From Acidobacteriota bacterium (GTDB lineage: Bacteria; Acidobacteriota; UBA890; WLXD01), in assembly GCA_965205505.1 (NCBI GenBank), contig CBDBHB010000007.1, positions 288,001 to 352,000 of the forward strand: a stretch of DNA of 64,000 nucleotides. The letters are read 5' to 3'. Under the pieces are notes generated by a model. That model was not told the DNA's origin and searched no databases. It was given only the letters and a program-made list of their open reading frames with translations. Shown piece by piece: positions 48,599 to 59,106 of the stretch; within the stretch, counting starts at the first letter, position 1, and every line of letters begins with the position of its first letter. A program made the translations under genes and the position numbers.

Positions 48599-50223
48599 AT
48601 GCGATCTCTCCGCGTCGTCTTATTGACACTCTCGTTGATCGTTGCCTGCGGCGGTTCGGTGCAACGCGGCGATGACGCGGCAGAGGAGAGCGACTCGCCC
48701 TGGTCGATGGGCGACGTGCGTGTGCCAATGCGGGACGGCGTCGGACTCTTCACGGATGTCTACCTGCCGGGCGACGGGCCGTTCCCCGTGGTTCTTACCC
48801 GCGTGCCCTACGGCAAGCGTTCCGACTACGTGTACCTGCCGAGAATCGGCCAGTTCTGGGCGCAGCATGGCTACGCGTTCGTTGGTCAAGACGTGCGCGG
48901 GCGATTCGGCTCCGAGGGGTCGTTCTCGCCGTACGCGTCCAACGACCAGGAGGGCCTGGATGCGTACGACACGACTGAGTGGATCGCCCGACAGCCGTGG
49001 AGTGACGGCAACGTCGGCATGATGGGCGAGTCGTACTACGGGTACACGAGCCTGGCCGGCGCAAGGAGCGGTCATCCGGCACTGAAGGCAATCTCGCCCG
49101 GGAACATCACCATGGCGCGGGAGAAGCAGGTTCTCGATGGTGCCTATCCGTTACAGGCCAGCGGCCTGTGGACACTCAACATGGACGACGTCGAGGATGG
49201 CGAGTACCAAGACCTCTCAAACATCGACCTGATGCACCTGCCGTTGATCACCATGGGTGAAGTCCACGGTCTACGCGACAACCTGTGGCGGGACCGTGTC
49301 GGCGGCTACTTGCACCGATCGGAAGACTGGCGGGAACAGCTCCATCAGCGTTACGCGCAGGTTCGCGTACCGGCGCTGCATTTTGGCGGGTGGTACGACT
49401 CGTTCACGAGAGGATCGATCGCCATCTGGGAGGGCATACGCGAGCACAGCCGCGACGAGCGTGCGCGCAACATGCAGTGGTTGGTGATGGGACCCTGGGA
49501 TCACAACGCCATGTCCGTGCACCTGTCGGGCGCCCCGGGATTGACCCAGATCGGCCGTATGCCGATCGGCGATTCGTCCGTGACGACCTACGAGGAGCGA
49601 CTCGTCGAGTTCTTCGACCACACGCTTCGCGGGCGGGACAATGCTTTCAGCAACGGGCCGAGAGTCCAGTATTTCACCATCGGCGACAACGAGTGGCGCT
49701 CGAGTAGCCAGTGGCCGCCGCAGGCTACGCAGATGACGCCCCTGTACCTGCGCGCCAACGTCGCAGCGACGGGGCCCGAGACCGGGAGGTTGGAGACGAC
49801 AGCACCGGACAGTGAGCCCGCCGACACGTATCGCTACGACCCCAATGACCCCGTGACTATCAGCTCTCAGACCGATATCTGGGGAAAGGCATCCGCCTTG
49901 CCGGATCGCGCCGCATTGCTGGAGCGCGCCGACGTGCTCACCTACACGAGCGATCCGCTCGATGAGGCCCTGGAGATCACCGGCCCGATAACGGTCAACC
50001 TGTTCGCGTCATCGTCGGCACCGGACACCGACTTCACCGCTACCCTTGTCGATGTCTACCCCGATGGATACAGCCTCTCTCGAGCAACTTCCCCCGGTTC
50101 ACCCGGAATCTCAATACCGGTCACGATTTCGGGATGAGCGATGAGATCGCGGTCGCTGACCAGACCGTGTATCACACGGCGCAGCACCCATCGCACGTGC
50201 TGCTCCCCGTTGTTCCGCGTTAG
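48599..50223 (+). pseudogene. CocE/NonD family hydrolase lipoprotein with internal deletion and frameshift near 50078
   Basis: VPMRDGV, QDVRGRFGSEG, GESYYG nucleophile, GWYD, GPWDH. After DVYPDGYSL the frame shifts to SSNFPRFTRNLNTG...HPSHVLLPVV*, ending TAG 50221-50223, and the intervening conserved segment is missing. Confidence 0.8.
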
Positions 50224-50259
50224 TCGACGCGGCCGGGCTACGAGGCGGACTTGCACGAC

Positions 50260-52047
50260 ATGACGCCGCGATCGCTCACCACCTTCCTGTTGGCTGCCGT
50301 GTCGGGGCTGTTGTGCGCCTGCGCGGCCGCCCCGGAGACGCCCGAGCGTCCCAACGTCATTCTCATCATGACCGACGACCAGGGTTATGGTGACCTGGGC
50401 GTCACGGGCAATCCCGTCATCCGAACGCCGAACCTCGACGCGATGGCGTCGAGAAGCGCTCGAATGACGACGTTCTACGTCAGCCCCGTATGTGCCCCGA
50501 CACGCGCGTCGCTCATGACCGGTCGATACAACTACCGGACTCGCGTCATCGACACCTATGTCGGACGGGCAATGATGGAGCCCGAGGAAGTAACGATTGC
50601 CGAGATCCTGCGCGACGCCGGTTACAGCACCGGAATCTTCGGCAAATGGCACCTGGGCGACGCCTTTCCGCTGCGAGCAATTGATCAGGGCTTTCAAGAG
50701 GCCCTGGTTCACCGTGGTGGCGGCATCGGTCAACCTTCGGACCCGCCCGGCGGCGAAGGGAAGTACACCGACGCCATCCTTTTTCACAATGGTGAACCGA
50801 TTCAGACGGTGGGATACGTCACGGACGTCATCTTCGACCGGGCGTTGAATTGGATAGAGCAACAGCACGACCGGGGCGACAGTTTCTTTGCCTACATCGC
50901 CACCAACGCGCCACATGGGCCCTTCCACGACGTTCCGGAGGACCTGCTAGCCGAATACTCCCGGATGGATTTGAGCGCCGCTGCATTCCCGCAGGATCGA
51001 GGCCATCCCTTGCCGGAGGATACCGATACCGACCGGCTCGCTCGCATCTTCGCGATGATCACCAACATCGATGACAACCTCGGAGAGCTCTTCGAACGCC
51101 TGGATTCACTCGGATTGACAGACAACACGATCGTCGTCTTTCTGGTCGACAACGGGCCCTGGGGTCGCCGCTATGTGGCCGGTATGCGAGGACAAAAGTC
51201 AGACGTATACGAGGGCGGCGTTCGCTCACCGTTCTTTATTCAGGGGCCGGCCCGGCTTGCCGCCGGGCGCGCCTCGGATCGCGTCGCTGCACACATCGAC
51301 GTGCTGCCGACGTTGCTCGACGCGGCAGGTTTGGAGCTCCCGGAAGGAATCGGAATCGATGGCCGTAGCTTCCTGCCGCTGTTGACCGGCAAGACGACAG
51401 ACTGGCCCGATCGCAGCATCGTCATACAGGCTCATCGGGGCGATCTTCCGCAACGCTTTCACAACTTCATGGTGCGCAACCAACGGTGGAAGCTCGCCCA
51501 CCCCAGCGGCTTTGGTCGCGAGAGCTTTGACAGTGACCCGGTGTTCGAGCTCTACGATATGGAGGCCGACCCCCTGGAGCTAGAAGATGTGGCCGACCAA
51601 GAGCCGGAGATCGTCGAAGAGTTGACTGCCGCCTACGACACTTGGTTCGACGAGGTTGGCAGCACGCGCCCGGACAACTACCTGCCCCCACGGATCAGGA
51701 TCGGTACGCCCCACGAATCTCCCACCATACTGACCCGACAAGACTAGCGTCACACGAAAGGACGGCCGTGGGGGCGGGACTCCAACGGCTATTGGGAGCT
51801 CGAGGTCGTTACCCCCGGTGAATATGACATCGATCTTCGCTTCCCGGCGACCGCGACCAGCGGAACGGCGACGCTCAGCCTCAACGACGCAACCTATCGG
51901 GCCGAGTTGGCGGCTGGCAGCGACACTCTGACCATCCAGGCCGTCCGGTTGTCTGCTGGCCCGCTGCGCCTCCAAGTCACCCTGGAGGCCGACAACGTCT
52001 CGAAGGGCCCGTGGCAAGTTGACGTGAGCTTGCGACTCGGCGGCTGA
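50260..52047 (+). pseudogene. Arylsulfatase lipoprotein with in-frame TAG at 51745-51747
   Basis: PNVILIMTDDQG, CAPTRASLMTG (CxPxR), GKWHLG, ELYD. After LTRQD-TAG the same frame stays open for 99 codons (RHTKGRPWGRDSNGYWELEV...) to TGA 52047. Confidence 0.8.
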
Positions 52048-52113
52048 TGACAGCGCTGGTCGGGATCCGCCTCTTTTTTGCGTTGCCCCTGCGATCGCGA
52101 CCGAGGTTTGCGA

Positions 52114-52257
52114 TCAATCGAGCGTGGGGCACACTGCTCCGGTGATTTCCGTCGTACAGCTCGCAACCGTTCCACCGATCAGGTAGTCAACGCCATGCTC
52201 CTCCAGCAGGGCCAGCACGGGAGCAAGCGCGGCGATGAGGTCGGGGACGCCAGTCAC
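52114..52257 (-). pseudogene. Truncated nucleotidyltransferase N-terminal fragment
   Basis: GTGA overlap with the upstream small gene; PDLIAALAPVLALLEEHGVDYLIGGTVAS, then the pattern is lost before the DxD motif. Confidence 0.55.
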
Positions 52258-52499
52258 TCCCCGTCGCTACCGATGCGCAGGGCGCGGACGAGCCGAGAGC
52301 CGTAGAGAAGCTCGGCCCACGCCGCACGACGCTCTGGCTCGGTCGCCCCAGGCATTCGTTCCTGCAGATTCCCCCATGACAGCGCCCGTACCTGCTGGGT
52401 GATCGAACAGGCGGCGGCCACACGCTGTTGCGGAAGGGCCTTACGGAACAGCCGGACTTGCTCCCGCTGTGCTTCAGGGTGCGTATCGGTGCGGAACAT
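52254..52499 (-). CDS. Small helical protein of the type found upstream of nucleotidyltransferases
   Basis: GGAG RBS; MFRTDTHPEAQREQVRLFRK...PGATEPERRAAWAELLYG; coupled to the NTase fragment. Confidence 0.6.
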   Translation of the reverse strand: MFRTDTHPEAQREQVRLFRKALPQQRVAAACSITQQVRALSWGNLQERMPGATEPERRAAWAELLYGSRLVRALRIGSDGE

Positions 52500-52599
52500 G
52501 AAATCTCCGGACAGGTATGTCGCAGTGGCCAACACAGGTGCCCGGCTCCAAGTGACCTCCTGGTCCAGGGTGGACGCCCATTGTGAGGCACAATGACGT

Positions 52600-53061
52600 A
52601 TGCGCGATATTCCGGATCTGGTCGCTGAGCTCCGAGCCGTGCTGGCGGCACTCGACGACGCTGCTGTCCAGTACGCCCTCTGTGGCGGACTCGCGGCGAA
52701 CATCTACGGAGCGGATCGCTTCACTAAGGATATCGACCTGCTCGTGGCACCGGAGGATCTCGAGACCGCGCTCAAGGTAGCTCATGCCTCGGGTTTCACG
52801 ACCGATTCCGGCATCATCCCGCTGTCGGGTGGCACCTACCGGATGCACCGCGTGGTGAAGCTCGAAAAGGGCTGGGAGGAGCCGCTATCCTTGGACCTCA
52901 TGATCGCCGACGGCGGCACATATGCGTCCGCGTACGAATCACGTCACGCAGTTCAACACGAGGATCGACAACTGTGGTTGGTCACGCTCGAGACTCTGAT
53001 CGAGATGAAACGCGAATCAGGTCGGCCGATCGATCAACAGGACATCGAAAGGCTGACCTGA
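52600..53061 (+). CDS. Minimal nucleotidyltransferase (AbiEii/DUF6036-like, GG...RxTxDxD)
   Basis: YALCGGLAANIYGADRFTKDIDLLV, LIEMKRESGRPIDQQDIERL. Confidence 0.8.
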   Translation: MRDIPDLVAELRAVLAALDDAAVQYALCGGLAANIYGADRFTKDIDLLVAPEDLETALKVAHASGFTTDSGIIPLSGGTYRMHRVVKLEKGWEEPLSLDLMIADGGTYASAYESRHAVQHEDRQLWLVTLETLIEMKRESGRPIDQQDIERLT

Positions 53062-53353
53062 CGCCCGAGTTGGTCGCTCGGCGTCTCGCGCTACTCACCG
53101 AGATCCGCCGTTTGTCAGCCTGGCTGCCGCGACTCTCACGGTCTTCGGCAACGTCTACACCCATCTGATCGGCGGCTTTCCAGCCCAGCGCCCCGTCGCC
53201 GGATCTCCTCGGTCCGGGACAAAGTCGAATGTGATGTAGCCACGCGCGAACCGCCGGGCAGGCTGGCGCCACCGCCTCGGGCGACCGCTCATCAACTCCA
53301 GGAGGTGACTCTACGCTACCGAACTCTTCTGGCTTGGCGACCGCCCCTTCATA

Positions 53354-56113
53354 TCAGTCGGCGCGCAATGCTTGCACGGGATCCAGCCGCGCGGCGCGGC
53401 GAGCCGGCAACCAGTTGGCGAGGCCGGCGACCAGCAGCAGGATCAGGAACGCCGCTGCGAACGCCAGTGGATCGAGGGCGCCGACGCCGTAGAGAACGGA
53501 TGCGAGTGCTCGGGACAGTAGTGCCGAGGCGACGCCCCCGACGGCCGCACCGATCGCTACCAGCCCGAGACCGCGTCGCAAGACCAACTGCACGACGTCC
53601 GCGCTGGCGGCGCCGAGCGCCATCCGCACGCCGATCTCCTTGGACCGTCGCGCCACGGAGTAAGCGATCACACCGTATAGACCCACCGACACGAGCAGGA
53701 GCGCGATCACGCCCGCGGAAATCAGCATGGCCGCGCCGAAGCGGACCGGGAACAGTGCCATCGCCAGGATTCCGAGCATGTCGCTGTCGTTCGTGAAGAC
53801 AAGCTCAGGCTCTATGGCGAGCAGCTCCTGCCGTACTGCGGTGCGCAGCTGCGGCGTGTCGCGGTCGAGCCGCACGGCGATGGTCCCATTCGAACGCGAA
53901 TTCTGCTCATCCGCATAGTAGAGATACGGGATGGGTTCCTCGCCGACGGTGCGGACCTTCGTGTCGGCCACCACACCGATGATCTCGTAGCTCGGTCCGT
54001 CGAGGCCGTCGGTGTGGAACCTCTGGCCGACGGCCCCGCCAGGGAAATCGCGCTCCGCGAGAGCCATGGAGACCATCGCGACGGCGAGTGACTCCGGCGT
54101 GTCCTGTGCGCCAAAGGCGCGCCCGCGCAGCAGCGGCACACCGAGAGCATCGAAGTAGCCGCTGTCGACCGTCGTGATGTCGACCGCGATGGCCGGGTCG
54201 TCGGACGTTACTTGCCGACCTTCGATGTAGATCCCGTCCTGGCTGAGGCCCAGACTCAGTGGCATGCGGCTGGTACGCCCTACGGCACGTACGCCGGGCA
54301 GCGCGCCGATCCGCGCTACGGCAGTATCGAAGAACTGATCGGCGTCCTCGCGGGAGTAGTCGAGCAGGTCCAGATCCACTGTGTAAGCCAGGAGGCCGTT
54401 GGGATCGAACCCCAGGTCCACGTTGGTCGCCGATTGCACGCTGCGCACCATCAATGCCGCGCCGACGAGCAGCACGATGCAGACCGCGACCTGCACCACG
54501 ACGAGGGCGCCTCGAAGTCCGTACTTGCGGCCGGACCCCTCGCTTCCACGCGCGCCGTCCTTGAGCGCAGCGACCAGGTCGGTTCGGGAGCCGCGGAGCG
54601 CCGGCGCGAGGCCGAAGATCAGGCCGGCGGCTACCGCCAGGGCGAAGGTGAAGGCGATGACTCTGCCGTCCATCGGGAGGTTCCAACTCACGGGAATCGC
54701 GCTTGGCGGCCGGAAACTCAGCAGCAACCCGCGCAGCCAGATTGTCAGGCCGACACCACCGATCCCGCCGAGAAACGCGAGCACCAGGCTCTCGGTAAGC
54801 AGCTGGCGCACGAGGCGCGCTTTGCCGGCGCCAAGGGCCAGACGAACGGCGATCTCGCGGCTTCGCGCCGACGCTCGCGACAGGGTCATCGCAGCGATGT
54901 TCGTACAGGCGCTGACCAGTACGAGACCGACCATGCCGAGCAGGAGGGCCGCGACCGGGGCCAGATAGCCGTCGGCCATCGGGTGGACGCGCACGCTGGT
55001 GGCAGGCAGCACACGGGCTCCCCATCCTTCATTGATGTCGGGGTACTCGACTGCAAGCCGCGCGAAGATCGCGTCCATCTCTGCTTGCACCTGTGCCACG
55101 CTGGCACCTTGGGCGAGACGCCCCTTGAGCATCATCCAACGGCTACCGCGCTGTTCGGGGCGCGTGTCTCCCGGCGAAGTCTCATAGGACAGGACGCCGA
55201 ACGGGTCGATCTCTTCGGCCATCGTAGCCGGGAGCCACAGTTGAGCGTCGAACACGTGGACGAGGCCGTTGAACTCTGGCGGCGCGATGCCGATCACCGT
55301 GTAGGGTCGACCGTTCAGAGTCAGCGCCTCCCCGATGATCGATTTGTCGCCGGCGAAACGGTCGTGCCAGAAACCGTGCCCCAGCACTACGACTGGATGG
55401 CCGCCGGGCACGCGGTCGTCATCGGGGCCGATCAGCCGCTCCATCTGCGGCGTGATTCCCAGGAGCTCGAAGAAGTTGCCGGTGATGAACTCGCCGTAGA
55501 CCATCTCGGCGCGGCCGTTCGACGTCATGCTCGCGCCGAGCATGGAATGGCCCGCAATACCGCTGACCGTCGTGGCCGATTCGCTGATGCTCAGATAGTC
55601 GGGGTAAGAGCTCGTGATCGGAACGCCGTACTCGGCATTGAACGAGTAGATCTCGACCAGCTCCTCGGGCGCCCGCACGGGCAGCGGCCGCAGCAGCAAC
55701 GTGTTGACCATCGTGAAGATCGTGGCGTTGATCCCGACCCCGATCGTCAGCGTGAGCACCACAACGGCGACATACATCGGGCTGCGCCCGAGCGTGCGAA
55801 CCGCGAACCGCATGTCCTGCCAGATTGTTTCCATGATGAAGGCGTCTCGGGGGAACTTCGGAAGGTGCCGCCGGCCCGAAGGTTGCTTGAGAGAAAGAGC
55901 GACCCGGTGCGAATCGCGCGCAAAGAGAAGGCGAACCGGCGTGACGAGGACGTGGCGCGCATACCAGGCGGTGGCACGGACCCTGCCGTCGCGCCGAGCG
56001 CGGTAGCGAAACAGCTCGGCGAGATCGGCGGGCAGCACATCGCGGTCGCGTCGCGGCAGCGTCAGCCGGAGGATGCCGGCCAACAGTCGAGGTGGAGCGA
56101 GCCGCGCGCTCAT
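53354..56113 (-). CDS. Duplicated orphan ABC permease (ADOP)
   Basis: WQDMRFAVRTL, IGVGINATIF, EIAVRLALGA, GLYGVIAYSVARRSKEIGVRMALGA, PARRAARLDP. Confidence 0.9.
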   Translation of the reverse strand: MSARLAPPRLLAGILRLTLPRRDRDVLPADLAELFRYRARRDGRVRATAWYARHVLVTPVRLLFARDSHRVALSLKQPSGRRHLPKFPRDAFIMETIWQDMRFAVRTLGRSPMYVAVVVLTLTIGVGINATIFTMVNTLLLRPLPVRAPEELVEIYSFNAEYGVPITSSYPDYLSISESATTVSGIAGHSMLGASMTSNGRAEMVYGEFITGNFFELLGITPQMERLIGPDDDRVPGGHPVVVLGHGFWHDRFAGDKSIIGEALTLNGRPYTVIGIAPPEFNGLVHVFDAQLWLPATMAEEIDPFGVLSYETSPGDTRPEQRGSRWMMLKGRLAQGASVAQVQAEMDAIFARLAVEYPDINEGWGARVLPATSVRVHPMADGYLAPVAALLLGMVGLVLVSACTNIAAMTLSRASARSREIAVRLALGAGKARLVRQLLTESLVLAFLGGIGGVGLTIWLRGLLLSFRPPSAIPVSWNLPMDGRVIAFTFALAVAAGLIFGLAPALRGSRTDLVAALKDGARGSEGSGRKYGLRGALVVVQVAVCIVLLVGAALMVRSVQSATNVDLGFDPNGLLAYTVDLDLLDYSREDADQFFDTAVARIGALPGVRAVGRTSRMPLSLGLSQDGIYIEGRQVTSDDPAIAVDITTVDSGYFDALGVPLLRGRAFGAQDTPESLAVAMVSMALAERDFPGGAVGQRFHTDGLDGPSYEIIGVVADTKVRTVGEEPIPYLYYADEQNSRSNGTIAVRLDRDTPQLRTAVRQELLAIEPELVFTNDSDMLGILAMALFPVRFGAAMLISAGVIALLLVSVGLYGVIAYSVARRSKEIGVRMALGAASADVVQLVLRRGLGLVAIGAAVGGVASALLSRALASVLYGVGALDPLAFAAAFLILLLVAGLANWLPARRAARLDPVQALRAD

Positions 56114-56442
56114 TTCGCCTCGTCCAGGCGTTCCTCGACGCCATCCCAGAGCGTGACCAGCGCTTTGCGCGACGCGCTCAGCGTGTCGATGCCCTCGGGC
56201 GTGATGCTGACCACGCGCCGCGTGCGTGACCCACGTGCGCCCGCCGCATCGTCGAGGCGCGAAGCGACAAGGCCCTTCTTCTCGAGTCTTCGCAGAGCGA
56301 TGTACACGGCCGCCGGCGCCGCCTCACGACCCGTCTGCTCTTCAAGCTCGAGTACGATCGGCACCGTGTAGGTGTCGTCGCCGAGCCGCAGGATCGACAG
56401 CAGAATCTGATGTTCGAAGCCGCCAAGCACGTCGCGTCCCAT
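56110..56442 (-). CDS. PadR family transcriptional regulator
   Basis: LGGFEHQILLSILRL, AVYIALRRLEKKGLV, RRVVSITPEG; ATGA overlap with the permease. Confidence 0.85.
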   Translation of the reverse strand: MGRDVLGGFEHQILLSILRLGDDTYTVPIVLELEEQTGREAAPAAVYIALRRLEKKGLVASRLDDAAGARGSRTRRVVSITPEGIDTLSASRKALVTLWDGVEERLDEAK

Positions 56443-56503
56443 AGGGTTCGTCCTAGTTCCAATAGCGTTGCCGGGTGACCAGATCGTTACACTGATCAGT
56501 CCA

Positions 56504-56518
56504 TCTAACAACGTTAGA
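56504..56518. promoter_or_regulatory. Palindrome, candidate PadR operator
   Basis: TCTAAC-AAC-GTTAGA about 60 nt upstream of the padR start. Confidence 0.35.
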
Positions 56519-56654
56519 CGAACGAGGGAGCCAAGAGTTTCGTAGAATCGGATCCTCGACCCCCCTCGGAGTCACCACGCCGGTCGGGCGTTGTCGGAGA
56601 GCATCGGCTACGATCCCGGCCAGAGGGACGCGCCAAGATGTCGGACGCGGATAG

Positions 56655-57131
56655 TTGAAAAAGGGCGAGCCAGGGTCGGCGGATCAAGCTACCGGTGCGG
56701 CGCGCTCCGACGGTGCGCCGAAAACCACAGGCCAGGACAAGAAAGACGGATCTCGGGTTGCAGCCCTACTCATGTCTTGGGTTGCAGCTTTGCTCATGCC
56801 CTGGCTCGTCGGCGCGGTCGTCTTCTTCTGGGTATTCGCTGCAATCGATACGTTTGTTGGAATCCCGAGTACCGTCCGCCAGGTTCTCTATGGTGTGTTT
56901 ATCGTGCCCTGGGCGCTGTTGTTCGCCTTGTTGGTTCCTTTCGCGGTGGTCAATGGAATCACGTGGTTTCGAAGTGCTCCGCCCGCCGATACCAGGAAGT
57001 CGGTCCGCACGATGGTTGGTGTCGTCCTGACCCTCATCGTGATGGCGATGATTCTGAGTGGCGTCTTCGATCCGGCAGTCGACCGAATCGTCAGTTTTCT
57101 TGCCGCACTTCGGACACGTGTGTCGCGCTGA
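56655..57131 (+). CDS. Hypothetical membrane protein (about 3 TM)
   Basis: Three hydrophobic segments; start uncertain. Confidence 0.55.
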   Translation: MKKGEPGSADQATGAARSDGAPKTTGQDKKDGSRVAALLMSWVAALLMPWLVGAVVFFWVFAAIDTFVGIPSTVRQVLYGVFIVPWALLFALLVPFAVVNGITWFRSAPPADTRKSVRTMVGVVLTLIVMAMILSGVFDPAVDRIVSFLAALRTRVSR

Positions 57132-57148
57132 ACGTTCGTTGGCAGTTG

Positions 57149-57427
57149 CTAGCAGGCCGTGGTGGAAGTGTGGCGGGCTTGGTTACGGCGAGTTGGGGCC
57201 AGATGGAAGGCGGCCCGACGCAGGCGATGCCCTAGCCATCGTCCAGGAGGGCCAACGCCGCAGATGGCCCCAAATCGTCGTAACCCTCCGGGCGACAGGG
57301 GGTTGCGCGCGTATGCTACGTCGTTCGTCGTCAACGATGGGGCAACCATCGCCTCCTTCTCTCTCCTTGCCTCCGCCTCCCAAGACCCGGTCGCCAGGCC
57401 CGCCACACTTTCACCACGGCCTGCTAG
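57149..57427. mobile_element. 279-bp non-autonomous structured element, type B
   Basis: 34-bp terminal inverted repeats with 2 GU-compatible mismatches, CTAG at both ends; same internal motifs and offsets as 31430-31708. Confidence 0.8.
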
Positions 57428-58417
57428 CGCTTGTGGTTCTCGCGAGCCCAGCTCTCGAGCAACTCGACGCGACGACGCACGTCTCGAGACAGATCACCGA
57501 TAGACGTGAGGGTGGGCAACGCAAAGGGCAACGTCGCTTGACCTCCGATCGACCAGGTCGATCACGCCGGTGAGCTCGTTTCGCCCCCTTTGCCGCCTTT
57601 GCGCGTCATCCCGACCCTCCACATCCACGATCGACCCTGACCCCACGTTCAGGTCCGTGGTCACCCCGTCGACGAATGCTGCCGTCCTGCCCTGGACATC
57701 GCCCGGACGGCCGTCCAGCGAGGCGCTGGCCGCACCGCCGTAATCTTCGACGTTCACCACGACGACATAGTCGGCGAGCTCCATCAACCGCACTAGGCCG
57801 AAGTTGGGCGAGTCTCGAAGCGCTTTCTCGATTTGCTGTTGCACGACGATCAGCTCTCCTTGGATCTGCATGAGAGCCGCCTCCATCGCGCTGTTGTGTT
57901 CGGTGACGCTCGTGTCCATCGGACCGACGATGACCCGCGGCGCGTTCAGGCGCTCCTCGAGATCCTCCGGCGGCTCGATTACCTCCTTGAGCTGCACGAT
58001 CTCCTTGCTCATGTCCTGGCCGGCCTGGTGCGCCAGGATAGTCATCTCCCAGCAGGTGTCGTAGTCGCCCACGCCGAAGGCGGCGATGCCCGCCATGAGG
58101 TACACCTCGGGCACCCCGAGCTGGCGCTCATCGGCGGCCAGAAATGCCTCCAGGGCATCATCCTCGTCACCCATTTGACCGTGTGCCATGCCCTTCCAGT
58201 AATAGGTCACCCACAACCGGTCGTTGTCCTCGATCATGTCTTCGAGCACATCGAGCGCCTCTTTCGGCTCACCCTGATCGATGTACTCTCGGACGCGCTT
58301 CAGTTGCTCCTGCAGCTCCTGAACGTCCTGCTGTGGCAGCGGGCCGGCTGCAGCAGCCGCAGAGACCGCCAGGATGGCTATCCCGAACGTGACGATACTT
58401 CTCGACACTGGATTCAC
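57424..58417 (-). CDS. Secreted TPR-repeat protein, probably frameshifted near 57530
   Basis: Signal peptide; TPR-like YYWKGMAHGQMG and VYLMAGIAAF. The ORF stops at 57494, but another frame gives LPFALPTLTSIGDLSRDVRRRVELLESWARENHKR* ending at the element CTAG. Confidence 0.6.
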
Positions 58418-58565
58418 GGCTGGCTTTTACCTTCTGTGGGGAGTAGGTGGCAGGAACGTTGCCAACTTTACGATATGCGAGGCACCTTGAGACAGTAGCC
58501 CCACCGACAGATCGAAATCGTCCGTTGCCGGACGACACACCCGGCGAGCATCGAACGCCAGACAC

Positions 58566-58600
58566 AGGAAAGCCGCAACGCGGGAAACGTCGCGGCTCTC
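58566..58600 (-). terminator. Intrinsic terminator after the RRM gene
   Basis: Minus strand AGCCGCGACG...CGTTGCGGCT followed by TTCCTGT. Confidence 0.5.
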
Positions 58601-58660
58601 TGTGTGAGTCGGTTCAGGTCGACGTCGAATCACGACATCGGACGCCGGCCGGCCAGAAAA

Positions 58661-58936
58661 CTACCAGCGTCGGTCGCCGCCACCGCCGCGCTCACCACGC
58701 GGCTGTGCTTCGTTGACACGCAGCCTCCGGCCATCCATGTCCTGACCATCGGCTTGAGAGATCGCTTTTTCAGCGTCGGCATCATCCATTTCGACGAACC
58801 CGAAGCCGCGCGAGCGACCGGTGTCGCGGTCGGTGATTACAGCCGCGGAGTGCACCTCACCGTATGCGGAGAAAAACTCGCGCAGCTCAGTGTCACCGGT
58901 GCCCCAGGACAAGTTTCCAACGTAGATCTTCTTCAC
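58661..58936 (-). CDS. RRM RNA-binding protein (RbpA-like)
   Basis: RNP2 IYVGNL, RNP1 RGFGFVEM, GRRLRVNEA, Gly-rich tail. Confidence 0.95.
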   Translation of the reverse strand: MKKIYVGNLSWGTGDTELREFFSAYGEVHSAAVITDRDTGRSRGFGFVEMDDADAEKAISQADGQDMDGRRLRVNEAQPRGERGGGGDRRW

Positions 58937-59106
58937 TTACCAAACACTCCCATCCAGCGATTCTGCAATAAGGGGAGCGCACGCTGTGCGCACCCCGTCC
59001 GGGAGCCAGGGTAGCAGCTTTCCCTCGATGAAGGGCAGTAGGTGCGGCCGGTCGCCTCTGCGTTGGAGTCCGGCGCGCCGGCGGTGGTGGTAGCGTCGAA
59101 CGCGCT

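Noticed and set aside
51745-51747. Pyrrolysine or amber recoding in the sulfatase
   Set aside because: The position looks like a Trp codon one substitution away, there are no pyl genes in the window, and TAG is a normal stop in many neighbouring genes.
48378-53300. Intact integrative element at tRNA-Glu
   Set aside because: No integrase and no duplicated tRNA 3' end seen. Only decayed accessory genes.
54212-56371. 719-aa plus-strand ORF (likewise 23123..25105 and 8295..9704 on the minus strand)
   Set aside because: Antisense to well-supported genes, with no recognisable motifs.
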